Source: the human T2T-CHM13v2.0 reference genome, Homo sapiens
Assembly: GCF_009914755.1 (NCBI RefSeq)
Contig: NC_060934.1
Reading direction: 5' to 3' (one strand)
Length of the DNA: 64,000 nucleotides
Each line of letters starts with the position of its first letter. Position 1 is the stretch's first letter. Made by a program: the position numbers and the translations under genes. This document shows, piece by piece, positions 27,223 through 40,995 of this stretch. Under the pieces are notes generated by a model. The model was given only the letters and a program-made list of their open reading frames with translations. It made no database searches and was not told the origin of the DNA.

Positions 27223-30200
27223 TCTGTTGTTCTACTTAATAGTTTAAAAATTAAGTTTACCACAAATTTGGGCAAGTTTTAAACCCTCCTAAGTGAAGTC
27301 AGTTATTTTGTTCCTTTAAAAGAAAAAAAGAATCTTAGTCACAATTTACTGATTTTTGTAAAACATGCAAATGTAGTCCTGCGCAACATTAAAAGCAAAT
27401 AAATACACTGAGGACAACTCAACATGAAATATATTTTGATTCAGTTTAACTCTAGGCATTCTAACTTGTAAAAATGGCCCTTAACAGAAAAATACATATG
27501 TATAATCACTTGATTTATAGAATGTGTATGTGTGCATACAAAACCACTTCAGTAAAAGTGCTGTTGGTTACCATTCTGAGCATTTAAAACGATCACTTTC
27601 CATTTGATCATATTAAAGATATAGAAACAAGTATATAGCATAGAAAAGTTTTAATTTCTTCTATGTAATCTTCATTATTAAAATATGTTTGAATATGCCA
27701 TTATTTTGTAGGCTAATTTGTTCTTCATTGTGAGATTGAGGTACTTAGATTTCTTGTATGAATAGCTCTCACTAAAATGACTATAATTTGTACTTTTTAT
27801 ATTGTCCTTAGGGACATTTTACTGATTTAGAAAATCCTTTTGACATCAAGTAGATGTAAGGCTTTACAAATAACATGGCCATTCACAACTAGCCACAACT
27901 CCGATTCGATTCACAGAGTACCTTTTATTTGCCAATTACTGTACAAAGTCTTAGGCATAAATTAAGATTCAGAACCTATCCTCAAGGAGCTTATAGTTAT
28001 TTGTTATACATGTATTAAGTACTTATATACCAGTCACTGTGCATATAATTACTAGTGTTAACCATTAGTCATATGTATTTTTTTCTGATTTATTGAGCTA
28101 GAGGTCTGGCTTAGTAGCAGTCCTAAGGAAATGGTATACTTATGTTCATATCAGATATATCTCATCTCAGCAAAAAAGTGATAATGTATATTTCAGACTA
28201 GTCTGTGTCTTAAATGGTTTTCTCTTGCCTTTACATACCTTCTAAGGGAACAGTGATGTTTGTGATAGCTGTACATGTAGCTTAAAAAGAGATGATAATA
28301 TTTGTTACAATGCCTCCTACTGGTTGATCATAGATTTTCAATCCTTGTTGTCTTCAGAACTGGTAGTTCCCACTGGTGATTTGATAGTTTGGGGCTTCTA
28401 CTGAGGCTATAACTGAGAAAGAGTCTATTGCATACAAGGTATAAAGTGCTTCTTTAAACAGTCTGTTTCTAGAACCTAAATTGTCCTGGGACCAGCTCTT
28501 GATATAAAAATTCATAGAAACCTGTTTTTCACAGAGTGTGGTAACTCCTTGCCATAGTGCTGTAGTGTTAAAATTCACATTGGCCAGGTTGTTCTGTAAA
28601 TTAAACACTGACAGCTACCCTCAGGGGAACAGCCAATGTATTTATGATGATGTGCTGATTACACAAAATACACTGCAAGCAGAAAACAGCTGCAGAGAAT
28701 AAACCTCTTAAAAAGAATACAATTACAAATAGCACCCTCAGTATTTCTAGTGGTGAGTGTAGAATACAGCATGCTAATGCAAGTTTCTTACTAGTCCGCC
28801 TGAAAACAAAAAATCTGAAGGAGATAAATTATGGTTGAATGCACATGCGGTGCCAGCATAGCAGTGAACAAATTTCCTTTCTCAAGAGCATGGCTGTAAG
28901 TGCACAGATTTCAGGTGTGGAGTAGTCTAACCACCCTCCCTCATTTTGTTAGGTTTTATTAGTGGTTTTCTCATATATAGTAGGGCATGGCCTTGAGGTT
29001 ATAGGGGCTCTAGACATTTGAAAGATATTACACAATGAATGGGGCAGGAGGGTAACTAAATTGTGGTTACAAATTTCTGGTAGAAACTCGATATGTTAGG
29101 GTTTAGTTATCGACATTTCATTTGAAGATACGACTATATATTTTCAGTGTTATTAATGGCATTGAAGATGGTGCCCTTGGAATTAATAAAAGGAGTCATG
29201 ACTCTCTGGTAAGATCTTTCTGATTTCTTAGATTCTGTTTTTCAAGAATAATGGTGTTTTAGGACATTGGAATAGCTGATTGTATATTTGTAGGAGTATC
29301 AGCTCTCAAATATGTCCCTTTTCATTCCTGCATCTTACTGGTCACATGCATACAGGTAAGAAGATTAGAAAAAAAATTTTGTTTTCCCTATTTGAGATTC
29401 TCTCTGTTAGAGCTTAGGGTCAGTATCTATAAAATATATTTCAACTGCTGAGCATGCTAGCTTCTGTTTAAATCAGTAGAAAATATGTTGATCTTTCAAG
29501 ACATAAATTTACTCAAGCCAACTGTAAGGTATAGCGCAGGGACATAGTGATTGGAAACAGTTCACTTCACCCGCCTGAAACTAAGAATCAACTCTTCAGT
29601 GTATGGATCACTGGTATGTAATAATCGACTATTATCGGTCTGTCTATTGGTCTCTTTTTAAATCAGTTTGGAACCTCCTGGAGTTATTTTCTTGCTCTAC
29701 TGACATCAATCCCATGTGGCAGAGGAGTTGTGTATAATCGCTTTGGTTTAATCAATAGAATAATTGATAAACCAGATAAGATTTAAACTGATTATAGCCC
29801 CAGCAGAATTCCCCAGAGGCCTTGGACTCTCTTAATTTTGACATGTGTGTTGTGTACCCTGAGGATGAAGTGCAGTTTGAATTATCTGCTTTTATTTGCT
29901 TAATGACGGGGAGGGTGTTAAAGTCAAATGTTTAATTAACCCAGCAATGGGCTGCGTTGTCACTTACACACAGCTGATTGAGATATCTCATGGAGAATAC
30001 TGAATAGGAATGATAATGTGGCACTGGGACGGAAGATTGCTTTTTCAATCCATTTGCTGGGTCACTGCTTTGAATGTCTTATTGGATGAAAGGCATTCAG
30101 CCTGGAGAAAAAATTCAGCATTTAAGTACATTTTGTTCTCTTCCCCCCCCACCCCCCCAACCCCCTCCGTGCTCAGAAGTTAACTAAAACAGATATGTTC

Positions 30201-33200
30201 TAGGTTTATTAAGCCATCCATGTACTAGTAAGAGATCAGGATAGCCAGTAGCCTCAAGCTACATAATTTCCTGTGGAAACGGAAAAATCCTACTAGCCTC
30301 TAAGGTATTCTAAATGTGAGCTCTTTTGTCCCTCACATCCTGTGTCCCTTGCCATTATTGTGAGGTTGTCTTTGGTTACTTGTCTCTTGCCTTTTTCTGT
30401 AGTGTTTGCTAGATGTGCAGCTACCTCTAGGGCCAAAGGCAGACCTTTTCCTCCCAAAGAAGCAAATTATCCAGTACATTTTTTGCTATTTGATATACCT
30501 GGCTTCTATTTGGTTGTAATTGTGACTAAGAATTATAATGAGACTGTTGAACTATTCAGAGAGATGAAAATTTGAGGCATTACAAATTCTTGCTTTTTTG
30601 GCTACTGCTATTGTAAAAACAGTTGATGCTGTGTATATTTCATTTTGTTGAGAGGCACTTTGCTTTCTATATGGACTAAAAAATTAGGCCAGGAAAGATT
30701 GCAATATTCAACACCATCAAAAATGAAGTCTAGGCAACTGGAGTTTTAATGACTTGCTGCCCACAAAATATCCCTGACTAGCTTTATAATGGAATGTAAA
30801 AACTCATTGAAGGCATATGAGCAAAACTTTAAAAAAAATTAACCATGACTTTCCTTCTCTGTAGTTCTTATGTTTCTTCCCTCTATCCCCCAAAGATCTA
30901 AACCAGGAATTTACTAATTTTTTTCTTTGCTTTAGTCATTTGTATTCCAGAGAGCACAATAGGGAGAAGGATACAAGATTGATTTTTTTATGTGTGTCCT
31001 CTTGAAAGCAGAGTCTGGGGCATGAATACTGTGGGGGGTGGTGGGGGGGCCGGTTACAAAGCAATAGAAGCATGCAGCTAGTGTTCGCGTGCAGGTTGGA
31101 CTTTTTGCGGGTCAAGGCAGACCAGACGAGTAGCTTATCTTGAGGGACGCAAGTAATAGACCAAATATAGAGCAGCTATTTCAGGAATCATGTAGGTCAT
31201 TTAATTATCCATTATGATTGAGTGGCTAATGCTCTTTTGGCAATTACATGACCTCTGTTATTCTTGAAACCTATCCAGGCCCTCGTGGGTCAAGTGACCC
31301 ACAAGTCAGTGCTCTCAGACTTGATTCCACTCAGAAAGAAAGGAGATGTTGGGAACCACTGGCATTTAGAAATGGCCATGCTTTCTTTACTGACCACTAC
31401 CCAGAATGTCCTTTGTACAGCAGTGATAGGCAACTGGTTTTGAAGTCAACTATTCCTTCATTGAATATAGGAGCAAAAGATGCATTATACATTGGTTTCC
31501 ACAAGAGGGTATTTTGGCAGGAGATACTTTAATACCACAATTAGCTATTATGGTATTCACTAATTCTGTACTGTAAGAACAACTACTATGATATTAAAAT
31601 TAATGTTTGATATCTGTCAAACCAATTATCTATTACCAAACTCTGTAGTGGTATTTTCCATTCCATAACGCAACAAGTGCTATTGATGATAGCTAATAAC
31701 AGATATTAGTATATTATTAATTACTAATAGTAATTATAGTAACAGATTAGTAATAATAACAAAATGCCATTGATGATAGCTAATAACAGATTTTAAAATA
31801 TCATTCATTAAAATTAGCCTAATTTGAATTTCAGTGCTACAACGATTATTAAATTAAAAGGCCACTTTAAAATTAGGTTCTGGTCAAAGACAGAATAAGT
31901 TGGAAACATCTTGATTGTTTATCACTTTTTTTCTTTAATCAACCAAGTATTATTAATATTTCCAAAAAAAACCAATTTCTGCTAAATGATAGTAAAATTT
32001 TCTATAATTCAGTGACTTGTGGGGTAATTTTGAGAACAGAAAATGTACATTTCTTGTGATTCTTTAAATCGAAGATAGTTACGGTGTGGAAAGCAATGGC
32101 AGCATAATCAAATTAATTGTAGGATTTGTCAGAAATGCACAAAATTCTGCATAGTTAGCAAAGTGGTAGATTAGAGGTATACAGCCATTCTCTAGCATTC
32201 CAGTAACTTAAGACCTTAGGCTTAAGAGAAATAATTTTGGTATTCTTTAAGTAGAAACTATTTGCATTGCTATAGAAAAAGGCAGTTCCTTCTATTGGAG
32301 AAAAAACATCTTTTAAAAATTTGTTACTTACACATCAAAGAGCATTGCTTTAAAACAACAACAACAACAAAAACTCAACAAGGTTGTTTATCCCTGGAGC
32401 AGTAAAATTAGCCATCCTTCCCAATAAATTTATTAAATTACCCCTGGTAGAACTCCAAGCTAATCTGTTTTGGTTTTATTTTCATTTTGTTGTTTGGTGA
32501 TGTTAACAAATGAAAAATTGAAGACATGAATTGGTGTGTATAACCTTTGACCCTTCAGAAATAGAAGACTTCTCACTCAAATTTTAAATCCTTAAGCCAA
32601 TACTACCTTAGGGTCTGGCTACTTAGAGACCCATGAGAATGCAGTTAATCTGAGTTATATTTGCTGTTTTCTGTTTAAAAACATATTTTCTCTCATTCTA
32701 GTTTTTTCATTTCTGTGGTGGAGATGAACAGAAAATGGAAAGCAGGATTTACAGCAGAAGTTACAGATTAAACTCAAGTATCCCAAATAAGGAGTATAAT
32801 TAGTCTGCTTACCATTTTAAGAGGAAAGCAAGGGATATAATGTATGGTGTATAATTTTTTTTTTCTCCCTATATATTACTTTTCTTTAAGGCATACCCTT
32901 CAATATCTATGCTGAGACATGTTTTTCAGCCTTGGGAACCAAAAATTTATAGAAATAAGTGAGAGGAATGGTATTTGTAATTTTAAAGACCCGAAGAGAC
33001 ATTAAGGCAGTATCATTAGTTGGGAAGGACACAGTATAATAATAAGCCTATATAATAATTTCTTAATTAGGAAAAAAAATAATGATTAAACAAGACCAGT
33101 CCATATTAGAGACATACACCTAAACACAGATCTTAATCTAGCCCAGTCTAGCTTTCAGAAATGTAGTTTATTTACTTGGGATGGTTTTACGTCTCGGGAT

Positions 33201-35689
33201 ATTAGCTTTTATCAAGTTTAAAGGAATCTTAAATTTCTTTCAAGATATTGTTGAATTGTAATAAAATGGTAATACCAAAGCAAGGAAGATATCCAAGGGG
33301 ATGAAAGTCATTTAGCAAAAAGAAACAAAAAACCAGGAAACAAGGATGACAGAAAAAAAAAATTCATCAGAGAGAAAGAATTTTGTCATACGTCCTAAGG
33401 GTTCTATAGTTCTCAGTCCTATTTTGATAAAAAAACTACTTAAGAAAATCTACAGAGGTCGAGTTACAAAAATAACCAGATGTCCTTATTAGTGGAAGCA
33501 AATGTTTGCCTCTTAATTTACACAAAACTATATGCAGAGGATCTCTGGATGAAATATTTTTGTAAATATGGCAGCAAAGAAAATCATGGCACAAAAAAAT
33601 CTGTCCAAAACACATAATCATGAAGGTAATGTCTTAAAGAGGAAAGCAGTTTTTTAAAAGATTCCTATAGATTTAAAGGTAAAAGGTAAGTTAAGCTAGT
33701 TATATTTTGGTTTACATGATACGTATTCTTGGCTTTTTATTATGTATGTCTTTCTATCTGAAATCCCCCTGGTGAATTTTAATTCATTTTGCCTTGCTTA
33801 TTTCTCTACTTTGTACATTGTTGTTGCATTTTGAACAGTGTAAACGTATGTGTGGATTGCTTTTTTTTTTCCCTGAAAGAATGGTTGTCCTTTTAGTTCC
33901 ATCACGAAAAACACAACCTACAGTGGTATAAGATGCCTGCTTTGCAAGCCTGTTTGGGATTTTAAAATATTAACCCACATTTTAATAAGTAGATGTAGTT
34001 TTGTAATTGCATTCGTACATTAAGCAGGATAAAAATGTAAAAAAAAAAAAACTACTTGAAAGGGTAAGGTAGGAAGTGTTTTTTTTTGTTTGTTTTTAAA
34101 TTAAGGCTTTAGAGCCAAAAAAAAAAACCTGTAAAGTTTAAATGGACTATTACTTCTGATGTGGAGCATATTAGCATAATTACAAACTCTTTTATATACT
34201 CATAGTCATTGCTAAGTTGATGTTCAAACCTTTGATTAAGAAGTCACAAAGCTGACTGTGTTCAGACAGCTGTGTAATATCGCTCCTATTCACAAAACAG
34301 ATAACTGTTTTAGCCCCCTCCCTTTTTTGGTCCCCATATTTATTGCTACAAATTTGTCTTTCTCCTATAGCTAGACTTTTAATTAATGGTGAAACATTAA
34401 AATGTTGTATTGTGATATTTTCGGTGACTTGAAAGTTAACAGAAAGCAGCACTGCTCATTCATGCCCTTGCCTTGTCACTCCCTGGTGCAGTTCATCTCT
34501 TCTATCCTTCTTATCAGAGTATCTCAGTGCTTAGTTGAGCTTGTTTATCTTAAAAGAGCAGGAGGCAGGCTTTTAGGGAATAAGCTACATGTTCCAGTAT
34601 AACAGGCACCAATGCTGTTTGACTTGAAAAACATTTGATCTCTTACATTAACAGCCCATGTCACTGTAATAGGTAGTACAGCCGAGTTGTTCAGTTTTCT
34701 ATTATTTTAGCTTTGAAATAACTGTTAGTGCTGCCCCAAAATCTTCGTGTATAAAATTGTATATTGGCTGCCCCCCAGGACTCGTAAGTAAACAAGGTGA
34801 TATGTGTGGCCAGAGGGGAGGGTATTTGTTGGCTTTGTTTTAGATAATAACTGATCCTATCTAAAGATGTTTTCTGTCTGATCCCTGATAGTGGGTGCTG
34901 CATGACGTTGTGTAAATTCGCAGACCTAGCAATATTTTAAGGCAGATTTCTGTTTGTTATTAATATATGTGCTCAGTAACTATTAATTATGAACTTTCAT
35001 TTTTTTCTCTGATAATGAAACATTTAGTTTTTATGAAGCTTAATGTCAAAGATCCTGCACAATTTGCCTAAGTATAGCAGTTTGCACAGCAGTTTTTGAA
35101 AATGGGCAAGCAAGAATTTAAAGGGAATGTTTGTTAGACTTAAAATATTACTTTATTTAAAAATAATTCAGTTGTGGGTATAATTTCTGTGCCAGGAATA
35201 GTTTGACAGTTGTAATCAGGTAGCAGTATTAAAAGAACAGAAAACAAAATTCGTATAATCAGGTTGATGTTTTCTTCCTCTTTAAGAGTACTTCTCCTTT
35301 TAATAGTGGTAGAATGGCAGCAAATAATTTTAATCCTTCCTTTCTTCCTTCCTCTATTTTCAAGAATCTGATTTTTCTCATTCTTATTTTTTTCTGTTAC
35401 AGCATTACCAGGCCACCCAGTTACTTTCTTAGAATTTAACCTAAATTAGATACATCAGCCAGAACAAGCATAATTGGTTGAAAGGCAGCCATCTATCTAG
35501 GGAGTTCTTCTAAATACTGAATGTGTCATGCGCTTTGACATAACATATCTGTAATCTCTGAATACAGAAAGCACTTTCTGTGTTAGCTGTAGGTGTTAAA
35601 GCAGTAGTGTGTTTTAAGAATGTGTGCTGTGCAAATTCTGGCTTGTGAGGTAATGACAAGTGTTTGCCTGCATAGACAATATATTTTTC

Positions 35690-36530
35690 CCCCCCTGAGG
35701 TCCCCACACACCTAGTTTCCCTCAAGCTCATCATCTCTGTCAGGTTAATCAATAGGCACCGTATGGCAGAGGGTCAGTAATCAGTGTCATCGTGCCTTTA
35801 AATCGTGTTGAAAATTTGCTTAAAGCCTGGGCCAATTAACATCGAGATGATGAATGGATGGGAAGATGGGAAGAGCCTGCCGCTCAGGGGCTTTGTGAGG
35901 AGGAGATGCTCAGCTGTTGAGCAGCAGACACCAGCGAATAAAATCAGCCATTCATGTGAGCTCAGTCCACCCACTCTTAATGATAATGTCAATCTAGCAA
36001 AATATATACACATTGGAGTTGTCACGAGTTCATAAATCAAAGGAGTTTGTCAAAGGCATTCAGATTAACGAGGCAGCAGCAATAACAAGTCAAATTTGCA
36101 TAGAGAATTGCTCGAATCTCAGTAAATTATGATCCTGTTTTTCATTTGATTATTTGCTAATGTCTCAAGAGGGAGAATGATTATATTAGCATGCAAAATC
36201 TACTCCAGAAGTAGAAATCTGAGGTGTAGAAGACCAGTGCACTATGACAATTAATCAGTTTCTGCATACTAGCATAAATGCACAAGGCCCAGAAATGAAC
36301 TTCTTTTTTATTATTATTTCTCTTTGCTACTGATCCAAATGGTTCAGCTTGACAGAGACTTTATATTGCTTTAACAGTGTTCTGAATTGTGCCTGCAGGC
36401 AAGACATAGTTATGCAGCTATAACCAACCTATCCATCTGCCAACCAGATTGGAATTCTCCTATCCAAGGCTTCCATTAACCCCCACTGACAGCTCCAAAC
36501 AGGATTAAGAATTTGGAAGCATAAAAAATA
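35690..36530. promoter_or_regulatory. Candidate deeply conserved non-coding enhancer cluster (possible ultraconserved elements)
   Basis: Unique non-repetitive sequence with retained CpGs and dense TAAT/ATTA, octamer and E-box motifs. I recall that ultraconserved elements lie in BTRC introns; placing them here is inference. Confidence 0.55.
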
Positions 36531-37865
36531 GTTGTTCTTTGCAAATATACACAATCCCTCTGCATTTTGAGAAAGGATGCATCTGTAGTGTTATATGATT
36601 AGTGTCGGACAGTGTGGCGGGGAGAAAGCCTGCTTGGCAGTTTTTTGACTTCTGTCACAGGGAGTAAGGCAGTGCTAATGGAAGTCCTCTTTGGTTGTCC
36701 CAGAGAATGTTGTCCATTCTATCTAGTTGTTAGCACTGTGCTTGGAATTGGTATATTACTAGAAAAGAGCACTCCTTGAAAGCCTTAACTGGTGAATCTG
36801 TTGAGTTTAGCAGTATAGGGAGGCCTTGATGTGGTTGTGGTTTAATAGAGTATGTCAAATGATAAACATGCTGGAGAAGCAATGTGCATGAAAACATGCC
36901 AGAGAATATCTTAGGAGGACACTTTAGGTCCTCCCTAAAATGAGTCCTTGAATAGGATTTTCCGAACAGCTTCTGAACTTAAATGACCTAAGTTTTCCCC
37001 ATTGTATCCTAAAAGGATTAATTAAAATTTGTTTAAACACACACACAGTGTTTTTTTTTAATGTCACCTTTCATACAAGAGTTTGAGTGATTTTGTCCAT
37101 GTAGCTAAAATATCTGTTAACCTTGTAAAATAATAATTTCTGTTTTTGTAAATTGTAAATTTATATTTGGAAGCTAAATTAGCTCCAAGTCACATAATAA
37201 GTTAATGGGAAAAAGTATTAATCCAATTACTAATTTACCATTGAAGTTCACTATACTGTGTTTGCAATTAGTTACTAGAAATCGGTCTCAGGATTTTTTC
37301 CTTCAGGTGGGTTGTCATTCTATACGATGATGAGCAGATGATTTCATTTTTAAAATGTGTTCAAAATCAGTTATAATCCACCACAATTTACCTGCTTTGC
37401 TAAAATGATAGAATTATCCCAGTTACAGAGTCCTTCAAATCCTCCAATGGTAAATTAGTGAAGTATGTGGCATTGGTGTGAAATGTTCGCTTGTAGCTTT
37501 GGAGCTGGTTATTTTATTTATAACAGATGTCTCTTCAAACAGGTTCAGGCTCTGTTGCACCATCCAACCTTGAGCAAGATGCTTACTCAAAGATTATTGT
37601 AAGTCATTATGAGTGGCTTGACTTTTCATCACTGTGTAAATTAGTTTAATTTTTTATTTGATTATATAATCAACTCTTAATTATCCATTTTATCAGGAGT
37701 TGTGTGTTCAAATAGATAACTGAAAATAGTAAATAAGCCACTTACTAGGTCATGGGGAATATTGCCCCAGCTATGAACCTGCTGTGTGCTGCCATCAAAA
37801 CATCTTTACTTCTTGAATTGGACAGTCAAAAATACAAACAGCCTCAAAGTTAGGAATGCTTTGGT

Positions 37866-38060
37866 TAAGGGTTGCCAAACTTTGTCTGTAAAGGGGCAGA
37901 TAATAAACATTTGAGGCTTTGTGGGAGATAGGATCTTTCTTGTGGCCACTTACCTCTTCCGTTGTAGTGTGAAAGCAGCCACAGACAAATCGTAAATGGA
38001 TGGGCATGGCTATGGGCCAGTTAAACTTTATTTGCAAAAATATGTGTCAGGCCAGAGCTT
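37866..38060. mobile_element. MER58-family hAT MITE
   Basis: gggttgccaaacttt..ctgtaaaggg.cagata.taaa.attt.aggctttgtggg...aaagcagccacagaca...aaactttatttgcaaaaa. Confidence 0.8.
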
Positions 38061-38538
38061 GTAACTGCTGTTAACTGATCATACTGGCATTATAAGTAGT
38101 GGGACAGTAGGACTGCAGTTGGGCTGCCACTGAAGTTCCTCTGCTATTAAAAACAAAACAAAACAAAACTTTTTTTAAGCTAGCTGGACAGTCTGGGTTT
38201 AGGGTTTCAATTATTCATTGAGCATCTGTTATCTGTATACTTACGTAATGTGTTAGTGGGTAGAGGGAGCTACAAAGACTTTTCCCAGTAATCTTTCAAT
38301 CTTACTGGTTAGTCGAAAGTAACAGTGCAGACATTTATCTAATTAAGTGCCTGTTGTGTGGATCAAGATTAAAATTTAGTTAGGGAATTTCCAGTAGAGT
38401 AAGGTGGAGTAGTTTTATGGTTTCTTGGAGAAGATGACAGTTAAACCTCATTTTAAGAATGTGTAAGACTTGAATAGATGAGATAATCTTGTGTTTATAA
38501 TTGTTGAGTGAACTAGACTGGAGTTAAGAATCCTTCCA

Positions 38539-38830
38539 GGCCAGACTCTGTGGCTCATGCCTGTAATCCCAGCACTTTGGGAAACGGAGGTGGGAGGATT
38601 GCTTGAGGCTGTGAGTTTGAGACCAGCTGGGTAATATAGTGAGAACCCCTGTATCTACAAAAAAACAGAAAAATTAGCCTGGTGTAGTGGCGTATACCTG
38701 TAGTCTTAGCTAGTAGGGAGCCTGAGGCAGGAGGATTACTTGAGCCCAGGAGTTGGAGGTTACAAGGAGCTATGATCATGTCATTACACTCCAGCCTGAT
38801 GTGATAGAGCAAGACCCTGTCTTTAAAAAA
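38539..38830 (+). mobile_element. AluJ
   Basis: Diverged dimer; TSD aatcctt(c/t)ca. Confidence 0.9.
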
Positions 38831-39101
38831 CAATCCTTTCAACCCCGAAATTTCAAGATCATATCACCTGTTGGTGAGACTATGAAGAAACTTGCTTAAC
38901 TGGGGCAGAAAAGATGTGTTGTGGGAAATAACTTGGTGTAATATAGTAGGGAATTCTGGATGGTCCTGAAAACCAGGCCTAGAACTTCATATTTGATTTC
39001 ATAGAAATAAAGAGCCACTAAAAATATTTTAGGGAAAGACCATTACGACAGTAGCAGTGTTAAGAAAGATTAACCTGGCAATAATATTCAATCCAAGAAA
39101 C

Positions 39102-39357
39102 TTTTTTTTTTTTTTTTCTTTGAGACAGGGTCTCACTCTGTCGCCCAGGCTAGAGCACAATGGCATGATTACACCCCAAACTCCTGGGCTTAAGCGATCC
39201 TCCCGCCTTAGCCTCCTGAGTAGCTAGGACGACAAGCATGTGCCACTATGCCCAGCTAATTTTTTTTTTTTTTTTATGTAGAGGTAGGGTCTTGCTATGT
39301 TACCCAGGCTGGTCTTGAACTCCTGGCCCCAAGCAATCCTCCTGTCTCTACCTCCCG
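39102..39357 (-). mobile_element. AluJ, 5'-truncated
   Basis: Antisense dimer; flanking caagaaa repeat. Confidence 0.9.
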
Positions 39358-39883
39358 ACAAGAAAACATTTTAAAATTCACATTATATTCTCTAGCTTTG
39401 TGCTGAACCTCTGAAATATAAGATGAAACAGAAACTGGCCCTGCCTTGAAGGAATTTACAGTAGTGTGGGGTGGGAAGCATGTTCATGTAGAGATATAAA
39501 GAGATATAAAGAATTAAGTGCCAATTGGAAGTGAAGTTTTTCTTCGGAGTAATTAATTCTAACTGCAGGTTAGGCGTAAGGGGATAAAGGCTTCTCAGAG
39601 AAGGTATCATTTTAGCTGACTCTTGAATCAGGATTTTTAGTAGATAAAGAGATTGGGAAAGAAGCCTGTTACATGTTAAGGGACTAGAATTAACAAAAAC
39701 ACAGAGATGAAAGAGTGGTTTCCTTATTTTGGTGAATGATAAATAATGTCATGTAAATGGTACAGAGACTTTGATGAAGTGTTAAGTTGGCTGTCTTATG
39801 GATGCTGTACTAAGAAGTTTGGGTTTATCCTGTTATTGCCAAAAAGCTATAAAAGGCTTTTGAACAGGAAAGTAACCTTTTTA

Positions 39884-40233
<350 letters not shown>

Positions 40234-40860
40234 AGAATGATGATTGCCACTCTAGTGTATAGAATATATCATTTGGATTTAGGCAAGGATGTCAATGTCA
40301 GAAGGCTGTCTCAATAGTAATAGCACTGGTAAGAGGTGTTGTGGGTCTGGACTAGAGTAGAAGCAGTGGAAATGCAAAAGTAGGGTCAGATGTATTAAAA
40401 TAGATGATTCAAAGAAAAAGTTTATAGACTGAAAATTAGCTAGATATGTTCAAAGAAAAAAAAGGAATGAGTAAAAACTGACTCTGAGGATTTAAGTCTA
40501 GGATAAAAAGAAAAGTTGGGAGGAAAAGAGCTGACCTAGAAATGAGTGGAGATGGTAAAAGAGTGCTTTAAATTTAGATGTGTTGATTTTGAGACAGTTT
40601 AAGCTTATCACCTGAATACTTTTTTAATATAATTACTTTCTTTTTTATTCGCCCAGTTTGGTTGTGGAAACATTTTATCCAAAATGCATCCCTGAGGTCT
40701 AATGCAGGAGCTTTAGCAGTATTTCCTTTATTGACCTTTTCCTACCCAAATCTCTGTTACTGTATCTGCAGGTGTTACAGCCCAAATGCATCTAGTTTGG
40801 AGTTAAATTCAAAGTTGACAGGGAGACTTTCATTCTGCCCTTTCAATTCTAAGCTAGTAA

Positions 40861-40964
40861 GCACTGAGCTAAGAAATAAATATTTGAGTTAATATAAAAG
40901 GTAACAAGTTGTGCACTGGGCTAAGAAATAAATATTTGAGTTAATATAAAAGGTAACAAGTTGT
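40861..40964. repeat. 52-bp tandem duplication, two copies with 1 mismatch
   Basis: gcactg(a/g)gctaagaaataaatatttgagttaatataaaaggtaacaagttgt at 40861 and 40913. Confidence 0.95.
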
Positions 40965-40995
40965 GTAGAATCTTTTACAAAAATATTTTAATATA

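Noticed and set aside
35798-36040. Two overlapping antiparallel ~80-aa ORFs over the candidate conserved element
   Set aside because: No recognisable protein similarity or convincing splice signals; motif content fits a non-coding enhancer better.
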